Shown: one piece after another, positions 34,501 through 49,500 of the stretch
Numbering within the stretch: the first letter of the stretch is position 1
How the letters are laid out: the number at the start of each line of letters is the position of its first letter
NCBI GenBank assembly: GCA_963924565.1
Contig: OZ004615.1
Location: 5,456,001 to 5,520,000, forward strand
Reading direction: 5' to 3'
DNA length: 64,000 bases
Origin: Ascidiella aspersa
Taxonomy: Eukaryota
Program-made: the position numbers and the translations under genes
The notes under the pieces: generated by a model
Told to the model about the DNA's origin: nothing
Databases searched by the model: none
What the model saw: only the letters and a program-made list of their open reading frames with translations

Positions 34501-37500
34501 GGGTAAAATATTGTTTATATCTTATTCTGGCCGTTTAGTCGTATTCTGACGGATTGGATCTTATTCCGATTTTGATCTTATCTCGACTATAGGTTTTGGT
34601 TCCATTTTGGCTTTATTTCGAACAGAGTTTTGTTTCAACGATGATGTTCTTTCTAATTTTTTCTGAAGTCGTGCGTATTACCTGGTCATATTGTTTGGTT
34701 TTAGTCTTGTTTCATTTTAGCGTTACCAGTTCAACGTTTTTCACTCGTATTCCAAACAAAGTCAACTGACTTTATGGCCATTTTGTTTTTTCGGTATTCT
34801 TTTTTCTACTCTTTTTCGCTTTTTTGGAGATATGCATGAATATCTATATTATAATTATCTTAATTGTCTACAATAAATTAGGCCTGTCCCAAATGTAGAG
34901 GTTAGAGAATTCCCAAAGTGCTGGGCATGGTTGCCCGACCGTAATACTAATTGCTGTCTGATGATCATAACCTATTGTTTTCCAAGTAATTAAGTTCCAC
35001 TGTTTTTATTTCAGTCCACACCGGGCACTCTGTCTTGGACAGACGTCAACACCAACAATGGTTACAGCTACTGGGCGTCGACACCACCAAGCACGTAAGT
35101 GAAAAACAGTAACAGTAGTTTTTTGCGACGAACCCATAGGATTAACGATTCCACTTCACCTAAGAATCAGGTTTGAAAATAGCATAAGCAAACGTCACGG
35201 CATGGCTTAAATTTTTGCTTTGAAGCTCACTACAGGCTAGATTTTTCTAACCTGACTTTGTTGGGATGAGATTTTTCATTGTTAGACTTATATTTCTGTT
35301 AGTCTCCCGGTGTGCTAAGATGCAGTTGTAGTTGTTCATCGACCTTCAATGGTCCAAACTACAGTAGTTGTGCATATAAGTGTTTAAGTTAGCTGAGTAA
35401 TATTTTACAATATAAAAAATCCAGTGTTGTGGTCATAATGACTTAAATCGAAGACTTGACTTAACTATGCCTAACTTAAATGACTTGACTTGCATTTGAA
35501 TCATTGAGTCAGGTGACTTGGGTTGAAACACTTTTACAGAAGTAAAAGTGTTTTCATTAACATTTTATTATAAGATTGAGCTATTGATCTAAGTCTCGCA
35601 CGTAAAACAATTAGATTGCTACACCTTGTTTTGTTGTTATTTTTTCGTTGATTTTTTTCTAATAATTTGACCAGGCCAATTTTATTTAATTTATTGTTTT
35701 TTTACATCAGTAGTTGACTTGAAGATGACCTGCTCTTGTTATGACTTGACTGGCACTTGACTTGGACTTAAGTTATTTTACAAATGACTTGTTTGGGTCT
35801 TCAGTCATTTCAAATTACTTGTTTACATCAATATTAAAATCCGAATAAATTCCCACTTTCTTCACAAACCTATAATGCCCTGCGTTATTTCTTTAGGTTG
35901 CCTTACTATGGAAGCACTTGCATCGAAATGAACCAGGGACTCTCCTACCGCTGGAATTGGGTGAAATGCTCGGAGGAAAGGCAATTCGTATGCGAACGAG
36001 GGCCGAGGGGTAATTGAAAACTGAATATGTAACACACCTTGGACTGTATTGACCTGGTTTTGATGGCCTTGTTACATGCATAATATATCGCTGAATCTTA
36101 ATTTTACTGTCCTACAGTAGGCCTATAGCTGTTTAATAAATCAATTAGCTCAAACAGCACAATATTAAACTTACATTTAAATACAAGTTTAAATGTAAAA
36201 AAACGTAACGAAACAGCAATGACCTGTTGATATATATAGCATATTCTTTCAGTTTAAGTCGATTTTTCTTCTGCCTTGTCGTTTTTAAAGCCTAAAATAA
36301 ACCGGGCTAAAGTTTTTTTCTCTTCCTTGCAGGCAAATGCCCCCCGACTTGGCTGTACAATAGCGTCTCGCAAAAGTGCTACGAGTTCGTGGTGAACCCG
36401 AACCGAGTTCAAACCTGGTCGACTGCCAAGCAGCTTTGCCAACAGATGGGCGGAGGACTCCTGAAAGTTCAGAGGTTTGTTTAAATTATTCAAGGTACAA
36501 AATACACGAATTTATATAGCTCCATTTTTTAATTTAGGAAAAATATCGCATATTTCAACAGTCATGAAACAGTGATATTTTTTAGAAGATTTGACCTGTG
36601 TGGTTTCTAGTTTTTTATAACCGAGCTGAGACACGGGGTAAGTAATATCGATTTACCTGATTTATCCAGCTCACCCAACGAGTTAACAGACGTTTAAAAT
36701 GTTTTTCAAACTTGTTGCACAGTTAATATGCTGTTTCAATCTCTTTTAGTGTAATGTTACAGTTAAGCACTTATCTAAAATACGAGCAAGGGTGCCGTGA
36801 ACTATTTATCACTCCTGTAGTGTGCCACAAGTCAAAAAAGGTTGGGAACCACTGTTCTAAACTGTCTACAATCAAACTTAAGCATTATGACGTCAGTAAT
36901 AAACATTGTAATAATTCGAACGTCTAACAATCCAACCATATATATGTAGTGTAGCAGCTTATTGCCTTTTTCCTTTTATAGCTACTATACAACAAAGGTA
37001 GAATAAATAAATAAGACCTAAATCTGCCAGAATAACTAATGTGCTGTTAAAACTGCCTACTTTCAGTTCCCAAGAAGAGCTTTTTGTCGGCACAATTCTC
37101 GAAAGCTACACCGAAAGCGGTCACCCCCTAGTTTGGATCGGGGCCTCTGATGTGGGACACGATGACACAATAACTTGGTGGGACCAAACCTCGGTGGAAA
37201 ACTACTACTGGGGCCCCGGAATGCCTCAGTTAGTGCCTGGTACGTCAAATGAATTCAGCTATTTAGTTTGATTTTAAAGAAGTATGGTTTATAATGTATT
37301 TTAAGTTCCTTGTTTTCTTTGCGAAGCCTAGTGCCTGGTACGTCAAATGAATTCAGCTATTTAGTTTGATTTTAAAGAAGTATGGTTTATAATGTATTTT
37401 AAGTTCCTTGTTTTCTTTGCGAAGCCTACGGTAGATTTCGTTGACATTAATGGGCGCTGATCTAGCATCCTACATTTGTGTTGAAACCATTGTAATAAAG

Positions 37501-40500
37501 AAACGCACCATATTTTAGTTTAGTGTGCAGGTTAGGGTTTGGGTAAGGGTGGGTCAAGTATGTTATATTTATTATTTAATATTATTGCTTAACTTACCCA
37601 AACCTAAACGTCAAACCTCACCCTAACCCATATAATGTTCGTTGTGCTAGTATTGTAGACCAGCGCCCAGAATAGTTCAGCTGTTCAGATCGATTTTAGA
37701 AAGTGTGATTTATATTGTTTTAAGTTCCTTGCTTGGCGTTATCTTTGCACAGCACACAATATTTCGTTCACATTAATGTAGTCAAATAAAGAGAACAATA
37801 TTGATTTTAAAATAAAACTGTTTTTATTTTGTCAAGCTAACACATTTTTCTGTTTTTCTTGTATTTAAATGTTGGTTGTGTCGTTTAAACGTTACTTAAC
37901 TACCACACGAAAAGCGGGACGTAGCTTACTCAATGCAAAAATATCCTTAGACGCGCGGTAAAACGCGGTGTGGACTTTGACTTTGGTTATTGGTAGCCTT
38001 ATAGTTTGCAAGTAAACTTATAGTGGATGTTTAATGCTGTTTCTACTTTGAATTTTAAAATTGATGGTCCCGTTCCAGTAAAGGTTTGCGTAAGTATCTG
38101 CATACTTTTTGCCATTCTCTATTACACTGCTCTGCTCGTTTAGGTCGCGAAGACTGCATAGCTCTATACACGGGCAAGTCAGGCGACAACTGGGAAACGG
38201 CGACATGCTTTGAGGATAGAGCCTACATTTGTGAACTACCGGAAGGACAGGACCTTCCCAATGTACCAGTTATAACAGGTAAGGGCGATGGTAAAATGTT
38301 AATTTCAACAGGCAGTGGATTTACTAAATATAACATACTGTTTTTTAAATTTATTTGTCGTCAAACCTAGCTTCTCGCGACCCCCTTAAACTAGTCCAGG
38401 TACCACCAAGGGGTCCACGGACACAAGTTTACTAACCCCTGACAAAAAAGGAAGCGATATGTGACCACTTTCTCTATCTTTGGTGACCACTGACCACCCC
38501 ATCTTTTTTTTAGTGACCACTCTCTTTTTTGTTTTTAGTGGACGGCAAGTGCGAGGAGGGGTGGCGCCACCTCGGTGATAAGTGTTATTTCTTTGGCTCG
38601 GCGGAAAGAACCAACGCCGAAGCGAAGACCTTCTGCGCCAACAACCAGGCCATGTTGACCAGCATTCTCAACGCAAACGAACTCTCCTTTATCGAAGGTA
38701 AGTGCTGAAACTTATCTTAAAATTCACTTTTGTTGTAAAATTAGATTTTATTTTTCGTTTGAGCTAGTGTACAGTACAGTAGTATTAGCAATATCTAGTA
38801 CTGTCGAATATTTTAAGTGGTGGTATCGGTACTCGTTTTATATCTTCAAAGGTAGGCAACAACTTTAAATTGACGTTTAAAAACTACGTGTTAGTCAATT
38901 ATCATAAACAACGTTACTAAAGTACTTTTTTATTATATTTTATTTTAATTAAATTTTTTTACTATATTTTATTTAAATTATTTTTGATGACATCGTTTGA
39001 TATCAGACCGGATGGTCGTACTGCGAAGTATCAAACAATCCAATATGTTATGCTGAAAAAATAATACTTAATATAACGGAATGAAAACAAAATGCATAAA
39101 AATGCGAAAACAATTGAAATAAAAATAATAAAGGTAAAATATAAGCTTGAAACAGCAGTAGTTGCCTTCTGTGGTGTTTTTTTAAGTTATTTCTTCCGAA
39201 GTATACGACTTAACGAAATGACTTTTTCGGGTGTGGTTAATTTACTGATAACTGAAAGATAGAACAAATTCAATTGTATATAATGTTAAACGAGACTCTT
39301 GCTCACGGACTTGCACGTTGCCGAGCAGGTAACATTCAGATGGAATCGTGGATTGGTCTGACAGGCAGTGACCCCAACTACCAATGGTCGGATGGCGAAG
39401 CGTACAACTCTAATGTCGAAAACTGGGTTATCGGCGAGCCAACTGGGGACGGTACTTGCTACACTGTCAATCATTCCGGAGAATGGGCCGACAGATCTTG
39501 CGACCTTTCTAAGGTTGGGTTCATCTGCAAGAAAGACGACAGTACGTTGTTTACTTTTGTTGTTTTATTTGTTGCCTATATTTTCGTTTTTATATTGGTT
39601 ATGGATTTTGTTTGATTCAATTTTAAATTTTGGTTTTGTTGTAAGCAGGGGCGGATCTAGTGTGTGTGTGTGTGTGTGGGGGGGGCACTTCTAAACTGTT
39701 TTAACTAAGTAAATGCAAGCATTTTTTGTCCTACGCCCAAATCTAATTATGTTTTTAGGACGTCTTAGTTTATTTTGATGCAATCGTTTTTGGCTAAAGG
39801 CGTCCTACTTTCCATCGAACCCTTTAAAATAAAAGTTAACGATATAAAGGCGTTTTATGCGAATCAATAACATTGTTGCAGCTTTTCTATTGGAAGTAAC
39901 ACCTGTCCAATCCAAAAAAAACAGTGTGGTGTTCATAAGACTGCTTTTTATGAAGTCCCGTTTAGATGCAAGCTTGTGGCGTAACATTTTGACGTACCTT
40001 TGTATCGTCACTTAATGACGTAAATTTGTGACGTCATCTCTAAAACACATGTCATGGGCCCCAAACACACTTCCTATAGATGCGCGCCTGGTTGCACGGA
40101 ACTTTTGAATGTACCATAATGTTGTTAGCTGCTTTAAAATCCCGTTATCAAAATGCCATTTAACGCTTAACTTCTATTTCTGGTTAACGTTTAACTTTTT
40201 ATTGGTTTGTCAAGAATAAAAAATATTTCATTGCTTTTGACTCTAACAATGTCTTGTTTTACTTCAAGCTAATTTAATTCTCAACTTAATGTTTTTAGTT
40301 CCTGTGGACCACGTCACTATAGCACCACCAACATACGGTAAGTACAACATCTTAATATTCTAACGCTTGCCTATAACATAGAATCTGTATAAAAATGAAG
40401 TTGAATTATCTACATTCTACTCCTATAAGGTTTTAAGCACGGTCCTACCGCATATGACACTATAGCCTTCAAGGTCACTAATCAATATGTTCGTTTCTTT

Positions 40501-43500
40501 TTATTCTAATCAGTTCCTGATTTGGAGAAATGTGGAGGTGATGGCTGGATTTCCGACCCAACCTCGAACAGATGCTACAAGGTAACCGTTGAAAAATTTA
40601 AGAAGATAAAATTGTGCAAGAAATGCATGAAATAGCTACAAAGGCAATTTCGTTTTTTTTTTAAGTTTTCAAAAATAAAATAAATTAGAAAGGCTAAATT
40701 TTAAGTATGCAGCTTTCCATAAAACAAACGTCTATTGTTTTATATCTAAATATAGAAATAAAATTTACTTAAGGACTATATTTAAAAACATAAGTTTGGT
40801 AAAAAAGTTAAAATGTTTAGAATAATGTTAAAAACAAAATACCAATCGCGAAAATCCTAAATTTAAAAGCGCAAATTCAAAAAAGGTAATATATTGTCGT
40901 ATATGTCGTATAAATGAAACAAATCTTAAAACCGTCTTCCGTTTAATGAAACTGTAATTTCAAAAATACATAAAAGGTAATAAAAATCGCTGGCCCTTCG
41001 TCTAAAAAAATAAACCTAAAAGGAATAGGAGTTTTTAAAGACAAAACAGTGAACAACCAGTTATGCTGTACAGATCAACCTGGACCGCCGCAGTTGGCAG
41101 GACGCGAGGTTTGCTTGTCAACAGGGAGGCGGTGAGCTGGCCTCAATGAACTCACCAGAGGAGAACGCCCACGTGGCAGGTAAGATCTTCTGCTTAGCTC
41201 GAAGTATTGAAGGTAACTGAGTCACCATTTCAGGGTTGATGTTGAATTAAAATTTGCACTGCTCCAATAAATGACTTAAGTCCCAGTCAAGTCATCTCCA
41301 AGTTATACCACTAAGATATAACCTTAAACTGTTAAAACGATCTCGCGATCGTCAGGCCGTTCAGTGATACGATCTTTGATCAAAAAAGATTTGTGGCCCC
41401 ATTTGTAGATCAACATACTCGACTTTAATGAACGATACACACATATGTATTCAACAAATGTGATCTGACCCTTCTGAAGCTGGTTTTTGACCAACGAATA
41501 CGACTTGCAAGAAAAATGAAGATAGCAGCAACTATAGCCTGCGGTGAGGTTGGAACTCGCGACCTCTTAGACTTAGAGCGACGGTTTCCGATTATTCCGG
41601 AACCGTCGCTCTAACAAATGATTTACAGTACACAGACCCAGAGGGAGCGTGTGGGTGTTTCTAGATATGCTCCCCTCTGAGCCTGTGTAGCTTAGTTGGT
41701 AGAGCGCGTCCGGAGGTCGTGTGTTCGAACCTCACCGCAGGTTATAGTTGCTTCTCTAGCTTGTATCATTGATCGGAAATTCAATTAGTCTGCCATGGCT
41801 TTTGATGTAATCGAATATATTTGCCATTTTTTAGTTTCAGAAGGGTGCTGTACTTTTGTTTCAATCCTGTAGTTAATTAAAAGAACATAGGAGATTAAGT
41901 CAATGTTACACTGTTTTCCTCTAGCTTTCGCTAGCATAGTACAATGCTTTTAAGAGCAGCAGTTTATCCTGCAAAATTTACTTTCAACAGCGCTGGTCCA
42001 GAATATTCCGACCGAGTCTTATTTCTGGTTGGGCGGCAACGACTTGAACAACTACAACATTGAACTGGTCGATCAGGGCTGGTCGTGGTCGGATGAGAGT
42101 GCTTTTAACTACATTAACTGGGCACCAAGTAAGCAAGTGTTTTAGTCATTTGAGCCGATGGCGTCGCGTGCTTTTATATTTATTTACTTGACTACATTTT
42201 TCTAATCGGGTTTGTCTTTAATTTCGTAAGTTTTCCTTATTAACCCTTGTTATAAGTTGAGTTTTTGGTCTTTGCTAAACATAATATTTCTTTTTTGTTT
42301 TGTTATTTAAAAAGTTCAATGTTTACATTTTTATACCAACGTCTAGTTGTTTGTTAAAACTGACTTAGTTTAAAATGAAGTCTATTTTGCAATTCTATGT
42401 GTGCATCGAACCCCAGAATATTCGGTTATTTTAAGGAATAAATATTAACAGCAAATATCGAGCTACCGAAAATAATTTTGCCAAAGTGCGTTTAAGTCAA
42501 AGGGGGTCCACATAAGCGTTCACCAAATTCAGTGCAAGGACGTACTGTTTCCTTTTTCAAAAATCTTAAGTAAATTAAAGCTAGACAATTAAATTTTCGG
42601 CTTACCATTTAGCGTCAGCATTTTTAGCTTTATATATATTTTTGTAATCTAAACACTTTTTTTTAAAAGCATATTGTGTCTCCATCGAACAGACTACAGG
42701 CTAATTGCCAACACGTTTAACCTAACCATATAAAGAGTCCAAAAACGGCCTTTAGAAAACCCCAAACTATTGCTTCAATTGGGCAGCGGCCTATAAGCAA
42801 AGCAACAACCAAAAACGTGATTTTTCCTTTCTTTCGACACAGGCGAGCCAAACAACGTAAACGTTGAGGACTGCATGGAGATGTACGCCTCCCATGGCCA
42901 GTGGAACGACGCCGACTGTTTTGTTTTCCACGGATCGGTTTGCGAGAAGGTGGGAGACATGACAAGCATCGTTGGTCCGGACATTACCGACGACAGCTGC
43001 GATAGTAACGCCGCCTGCTGCTTCAAGTAAGGAAACAACTTACCTTTTAACACAGCGGTTCTTAACCTTTTTTTATATTTTACCCTTTTAACAAAAATAA
43101 ATATAAAATTTACCCTCAATAAATAAAGTGGTCCTAATTTATTAAAAAATCGGAAGTAAAAAAATACATCAGTTAAATTCAGCGCGACAGCTGCCCTTGT
43201 TATTGTGGCAACGAGTTGTTTAATGTCTGGTAAAGTAGTAGATTATGCACAACGAATATCAGATTTAACATGTTAAGTCGGTTTTAGATTCGATAGTAAG
43301 CAATGCTAAGTAAAAAGCCGTTTCACAAAGGATAGTTGAAGATAACGTATCCAGAATATTCAGAGCTTGAATATATATCCTTGGATTTACCCCCTTTTGA
43401 CCATATTTTAATAATACTCGGTTTTATGAGAAATTGTTTTATAAATTTTTTCGAAAGAAAATTGTTTCCTGTGCTTGCTGAAAAGTCGGGGGCACTTTTT

Positions 43501-46500
43501 GTTCTAGGAATAATTTTGAAGAAGTTTACCTTTTAAAGTTCCATGGGTTAAAAAAAATAATTCTCTGTAGTTTCGTATTTCCGATCATTTTCATTACTTT
43601 ATCAATGTTTCAAATTTCATTACACATAAATGACTATACACACTGCAAAAAACTCATCCTTATCTTTACATTCCCCCTATTTAAAAGCCCTGCCAATATT
43701 TACCGTCGGCCGATTGTTACGTCACAGGCACATTGGAGCCGAGTTCGGGGGGACTCTGCCCGACAGCGCGTTGAGCGCTTCCAGCGAAGCGGATGAGTGG
43801 TTCACCGCCGATCGCGGGAGGCTTAACACGGTTGCTGACGTCGTCATCCTTCCAGGTGACGTCAACAAACTGTTCAATTTTTTTAATTTTGAGAATATTA
43901 TTGAGATTTGGAAATAAATCGATAAAGAAACAAGCAGTTAATTCTTACCACATATACAACGAAATGTTGGTGTCTTGTTTTGAACTGTTGCACTGAATAT
44001 GTGAATAATAGAAATGACCTTGGTCCTTGCAAGTTTAATGTCGACCTTAATACATAATCAGTAACAGCAGAATAATTCAGCAAAGGCTAAGGTCGACATT
44101 TATCTTGCAATGGTGAAGTCGATTTTAAATATCACATATTCAGTGTAACGTTGATTATCCGAATCGACCTCCCTTGAATTTGCTAGATTGTTTGCTGTTA
44201 TTTGAACTGTAAACGATTTGTGTTTTTATTTAAAGTTTGCCTTACTTAAATAGAAGTAATGTTTGTAAATATAGAAAAAATGTGGAAGAACAATTTTGCA
44301 ATTGATAGAACAAATGTATATCGATTTTGGTTCGATACATTCTTCTAATTTCAAAATTTTAAACATTAATCTTCGGTGCATTGTGGCCATATTTGTTTAG
44401 AACTACAAAAAAAGTTAAATGACGAGCTTTCGCACGATAAAGGTCAGGTTAATTTATTAAGGTTCATGTTATATTAGATTTGGAAGTAAACTGTTTAGTT
44501 TGTTTCTTTTTTCACCAAGTAAACTGCTTAATTTGTTTCTCAGGGGACCAGGGGATATCGGTGGGTAACGGACACGGGGGCTGGCGACCCAATGGGGGTG
44601 ACACAAACCCCTGGTTGCAAGTCGATCTCCCATACCACACGGAACTCAAGGGGATCATAACACAGGTGCTTTAATTATATGGTGATTAAAATCTTTTTGT
44701 ACACGTTTAGATTTTGCATAAAATCAAAAACGGTTTACATGGGTTATAATTGGTTAGGGAATCTACGTTGTGTTATGCAAAATGATATAGATACAGAAAG
44801 TTCATCTATAGAAACAAAAAGTTCAATCAAGAGAATCAGGCGCCAAAGCTTTGCCGTTAATACTTGCGCTGTCTGACTTTTAGTTTTTCACCCGATCCGT
44901 CAGAAATTAGTGCAGTTGTAAGCAAAAAGGTCTACGACAATTAGGGCATCCAAAGGATCGAAAAGTCTGACTTTTAGACCTTGAGGTCGAACTGTGCTAC
45001 TTTGATCGGGTGCATTTTCTGTTTAAACTTAACAAAGTGTTTCTCAATCTTTTTTCGCGGCCACCCAAATACAGGGTGCGCCAGAAAAACCTACCACATT
45101 TCAAATTGTCACTGTACCAAAGCTGTAGCAGTCTAACAGGAGGTTGAATTGAAATATTGCAGCAAATAAAATACTTACAATTTGTGTTTCAGGTTTTAGA
45201 TTTAACAACTTAATAATGTTTTGTGCAATTTTGTATGTGGTAGGGTTTCTGGCGCACCCTGTTTTGGGGTGGCCGCGAAAAAAGGTTGAGAAACACTTTG
45301 TTAAGTTATAACAGAAAATGCTGCCGATCGAATTAGTGCAGTTCGACCTTAAGGTCTAAAAGTCAGACTTTTCGACTCTTTGGATGCCCTAATTGTCGTA
45401 GACCTTTTTGCTTACAACTGCACTAATTTCTGACGGATCGGGTGAAAAACGTATAGTTTACTGTATTGCGTAACATAGAACTGTATTGGCTGTGGCATCA
45501 AAACTTTTACCAAAAGTTATAAAATAAGTTGTTTTAATGCTTTGGAAGAGAATACAATTATTGGTATTTCTGGCTAACAATGTGCTTTCTATTTTGTTTG
45601 AACCTGAAAGTCTAACTCAGGGGTTCTTAACTTTTTTTACCGCGGACCCCTAAAATTTTCTTTCATCTCGCGTGGACCACTGAAGGCCAAAAAAAGGACG
45701 TCACAGTACAAATATACTTCACAAACTTGCTGATTTTGGTCCAAAAATTGTAAAAGTGAAATGGAGTCTAAATACATTTAGTGCAAAACCTTTTTATTTT
45801 TAAACAAATTGTTTTCTTTAATAAATTGATTAATGCTTAAATATACACTAATGTTTCAATTAGACCTTCATGGACCCCCTAAAACTAGTTCACGGACCCC
45901 CAAGGGGTCCATGGACCCCAGTTTAAGAACCACTGGTCTAACTAAACCTGAAACTCGTCTTTGTACTGTTATCCGATGAGCAAACCTTACTCTGTTTTCG
46001 CCTTAATTGTTTTGCTTTTTTTGTTTCTTAATTAGAAATTGTTGTCACATCTTTTCAGGGTCGTAACGGAATTGTTATTTACTTGGATCGTTCGTGGGTG
46101 ACGAGTTACAAGATTTCCTACAGCCAAGACAAGGTCGCTGACAAGTGGGAATTCATCACGGACGCAAACGGCGACCAAGTCGTAAGTAAAGCTACTCTGC
46201 CTTGGATAAAATACGCGGCAGCTGTAATATAGTGATTGGCAACCTTTTATGGCTTACGGTACCCCTCAAAAGTTAGTGCTAAATTTGCGGCACCCCTGCT
46301 AGAATTTTCGTTGAGTATTTTACTAACATGTCACTATAAATGGAACTGGAACAACACAATCAACCTAAAACGATAGGAAAATGTCATTTGATATAATGGT
46401 TTCTAATAGTGACACAAATAGGTATGAAAAAGCTTACCAGTTGAGCAAAAATCAGATTTCTAAAATTTCTTAAATACCTATAGACACCCTTGGTCATTAG

Positions 46501-49500
46501 AAATTGCACACCAGGGCGCCGCGTCACCCCGGTTTAGAACCACTGCTGTAATATATACCGGGTAGTGAATTTTATCACTGGTGTGGCCGAGGTCGTGAGT
46601 TTAAACCTCAATGCATCAGGCTGTATTTTCCAAGCCTTGTCATGCTTGCAAATTTGTTTTGGCGTTTGCCTTTTCGAACGTATCTGTTATGCTGTGATCG
46701 TTAGCCAGCACTACTTTAGCGGGGTTGGATCAGAGTATATATACATATGAATTTCATGGCTAATGTAACGGTTTTTAATGCCAAAATTGTAATACTCAGA
46801 AGCTTCTTCATGTGCAAGAATATTTTTTTTTCATTTTACAGAGATATTTCATTCTAATTTAGAAATACTTTATTAAGTGAAATGAAAAATTAAGTTGTTT
46901 ATCAGCAAATATTAATGTTTAACAGGTTTCGCGTATATCCTAATAACTTCACGCCAAACGTCAGAATGTTCCAACGGCAATTTATTTATTTCCTGTCGTC
47001 AATAATGTCAGCAATCTAATTTTCCCGTCATCGTTTTTGTGACAGATCTTCAACGGCAACGCCGACCAGAACACACAAGTGACCAACCTTTTCCCACGTC
47101 CAATCATCGCACGCCACGTCAGGTGCCACCCAGTCACGTGGTTTGACTCGCCAACTATGCGACTGGAATACGTCGGCTGCCAGGCTTGTACGTCACAGTG
47201 AAATCGAGTCTCTCAGTTAATTTAACATGAATGGGGTCGTTTAAATAATGGGTTTTGACAAATGTTCAGTTAATATTTTGAGAGTTTTCAAGTGTTCTTT
47301 GTAATGAATACCGTTTTTTTACCCTACTCTAATATTCTTTATATCGCATTCAAAAAAAAATACCAGATCTTTGTTATCTATCACTCTTACATAAAGTGGG
47401 TTTGTCCAGATTAAATATCACGTGTTTTCAAAGTTTTTTTTTGTTCCCTAATGCAATTTTAAAGTGCCGTTATCCACCAAAGATATTTCAGCATAATATG
47501 CTGTAAGGTGAACAGTGAACACATATATAAAAGATGCTTTCAGTTAAACAAAAAGATAAATATGTGTACTTTCTGTTAAAAAAATGACATTTTTCCTGTT
47601 GAAATACATTGCGTTACGAACGAGAAAAGACCAAATACGATAAGTGCAAAGAACAGCTATTTTTGTTTAACAATTCGGTTAACGATGTACAAAAGGTTTT
47701 CAATTCGTTATGGAAACTAAATGGTTCTTCTTGCCCATACAGCGTGCTTGAGAAACCTCGGTATGAACTCTGGCAACATTCCGGACACCAGTATTAGCGC
47801 CGTGTCGTCCAAGAATGGCAGGGAACCCAAACAAGCAAGACCTCCGGTCAACACCGGTGAGTAAACTGATGGACCTTGTTTAAACCACAAATAGCGTATT
47901 GTATGTAGCGACCTAACCTCTGACTACCGTGCACAATGGAAGCCTTCGACACAATAACCAAGTCAGTCGATTAAAATGCAAACAAGACAGGCTTGAAAAA
48001 CAACACAGCGGTGAGGTTCGAACTTACGATCTCCGGTTATGATAGGACAGTTGCTCAGCTACATGAGCTCAGATGAGAGCACGTCGAGAGACATTACTTG
48101 CATCATATTAGTATAAACAGCTTCATGTTGAAGAGGATCTACAGTGCAATGTTAAGTCAATGAAAAATACACATGAGTATACAGACACAAACACTGTTAT
48201 CTTTGACCAAAAACGACTTCAGAGAGGACTAGATCAAAGTTCTTGTACACGTATGTCTTCTTAAAGTGTTCACCGGAAGCCTTTGACTAATAAACCAAGT
48301 CAGTCAATTGAGATGCAAGCACGACAGTCTAGAATAACAAGCCTGTGGTGAGGTACGAACTCACGACCTCCGGTCATACCGTGCCTGTTGCTCTACCAAC
48401 TGAGCTACTCGTGCTCATAGGGGGGCAAGTCGAGAAAAAACATAGCACTGTTGCCTGAAGCGCCTGTTAGTACAAACATCAGTTGATTGAAAAACGGCCG
48501 ATGTCAGATGTCCCTCAATTGTCGTATACCCTCAACATACATTTCAAGGCGTTATTTTGCCTATTTTAGGCCGTATTCCGATAAATTTCGGATTTTTTCA
48601 GACAGGTTTAAGCCTCATTCAGATTTTCGATTTTATTCTGTCGTGGAAGTTATATGGAATTATCTATTGTTCTGATTTATATATATTGTTGCTTTGTAGG
48701 TCTTATTATGTGTTCTTATTAGAAGTCTCTGGCTGTGGTTTATGTACGTAAATTTTAACTCGTTTTCTCGTTTTCAGACGAGTGCCTTCCAACCGCATCG
48801 AACGCCGGGGAGGCTTACCGTGGATGGATTTCGAGGACCAAGAGTGGACTCGTTTGCCAGGAATGGTCGTCCCAAACTCCGCACAGACACAACTAGTCAG
48901 TATATGTCGCCAAAATTCGATTTGCTTGTTTGTAAGACAGTCTATGTTTGTGCCTGCAGACATGGGCAGCTGGACTCTCTCTTTTTTCTGCACTTTTTTG
49001 ATGTTTGCACAAAAATTAATCACAAAAAACAATAATGAAAACACAAAAATAAAAGATGCACAAAACCAATTTAACCTTGAATTTTACTAAAACATACCAA
49101 CGCAAGATATTTTAATACTTAATCACACGTTAAGATGGCCTTACTGTAAATCGAAAACAAATGTTTTTCTTGTTCGCAGCAACACAACGAAAAGAAGCAT
49201 TTTTGTCACTGTGCCTTCAATAACTTGTTTTGTGTTAGTTTGTTTTGTTCCAAACCAAGTTGTAACTCACCTTGTGTGCGACTGCTTAATCTTCGTTTGA
49301 AATATACTCATTTACGGCATCAGAGCAGAAAGTTTGTCAATCAACTAGTTATAATCCAGCAAAGATGCCGTCATAAGTTTGGTTTTAAACAAATCCATAT
49401 TTTTTCACACAAACAGCGTGCTTCATATGGTTAAACTATCCAAATACAATAGAATAAAACCATAATAGTTAATAATCATGCACAAAACTCAACCGTTTTT

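Noticed and set aside
34958-34985. CTGATGA motif
   Set aside because: No stem II or GAAA follows.
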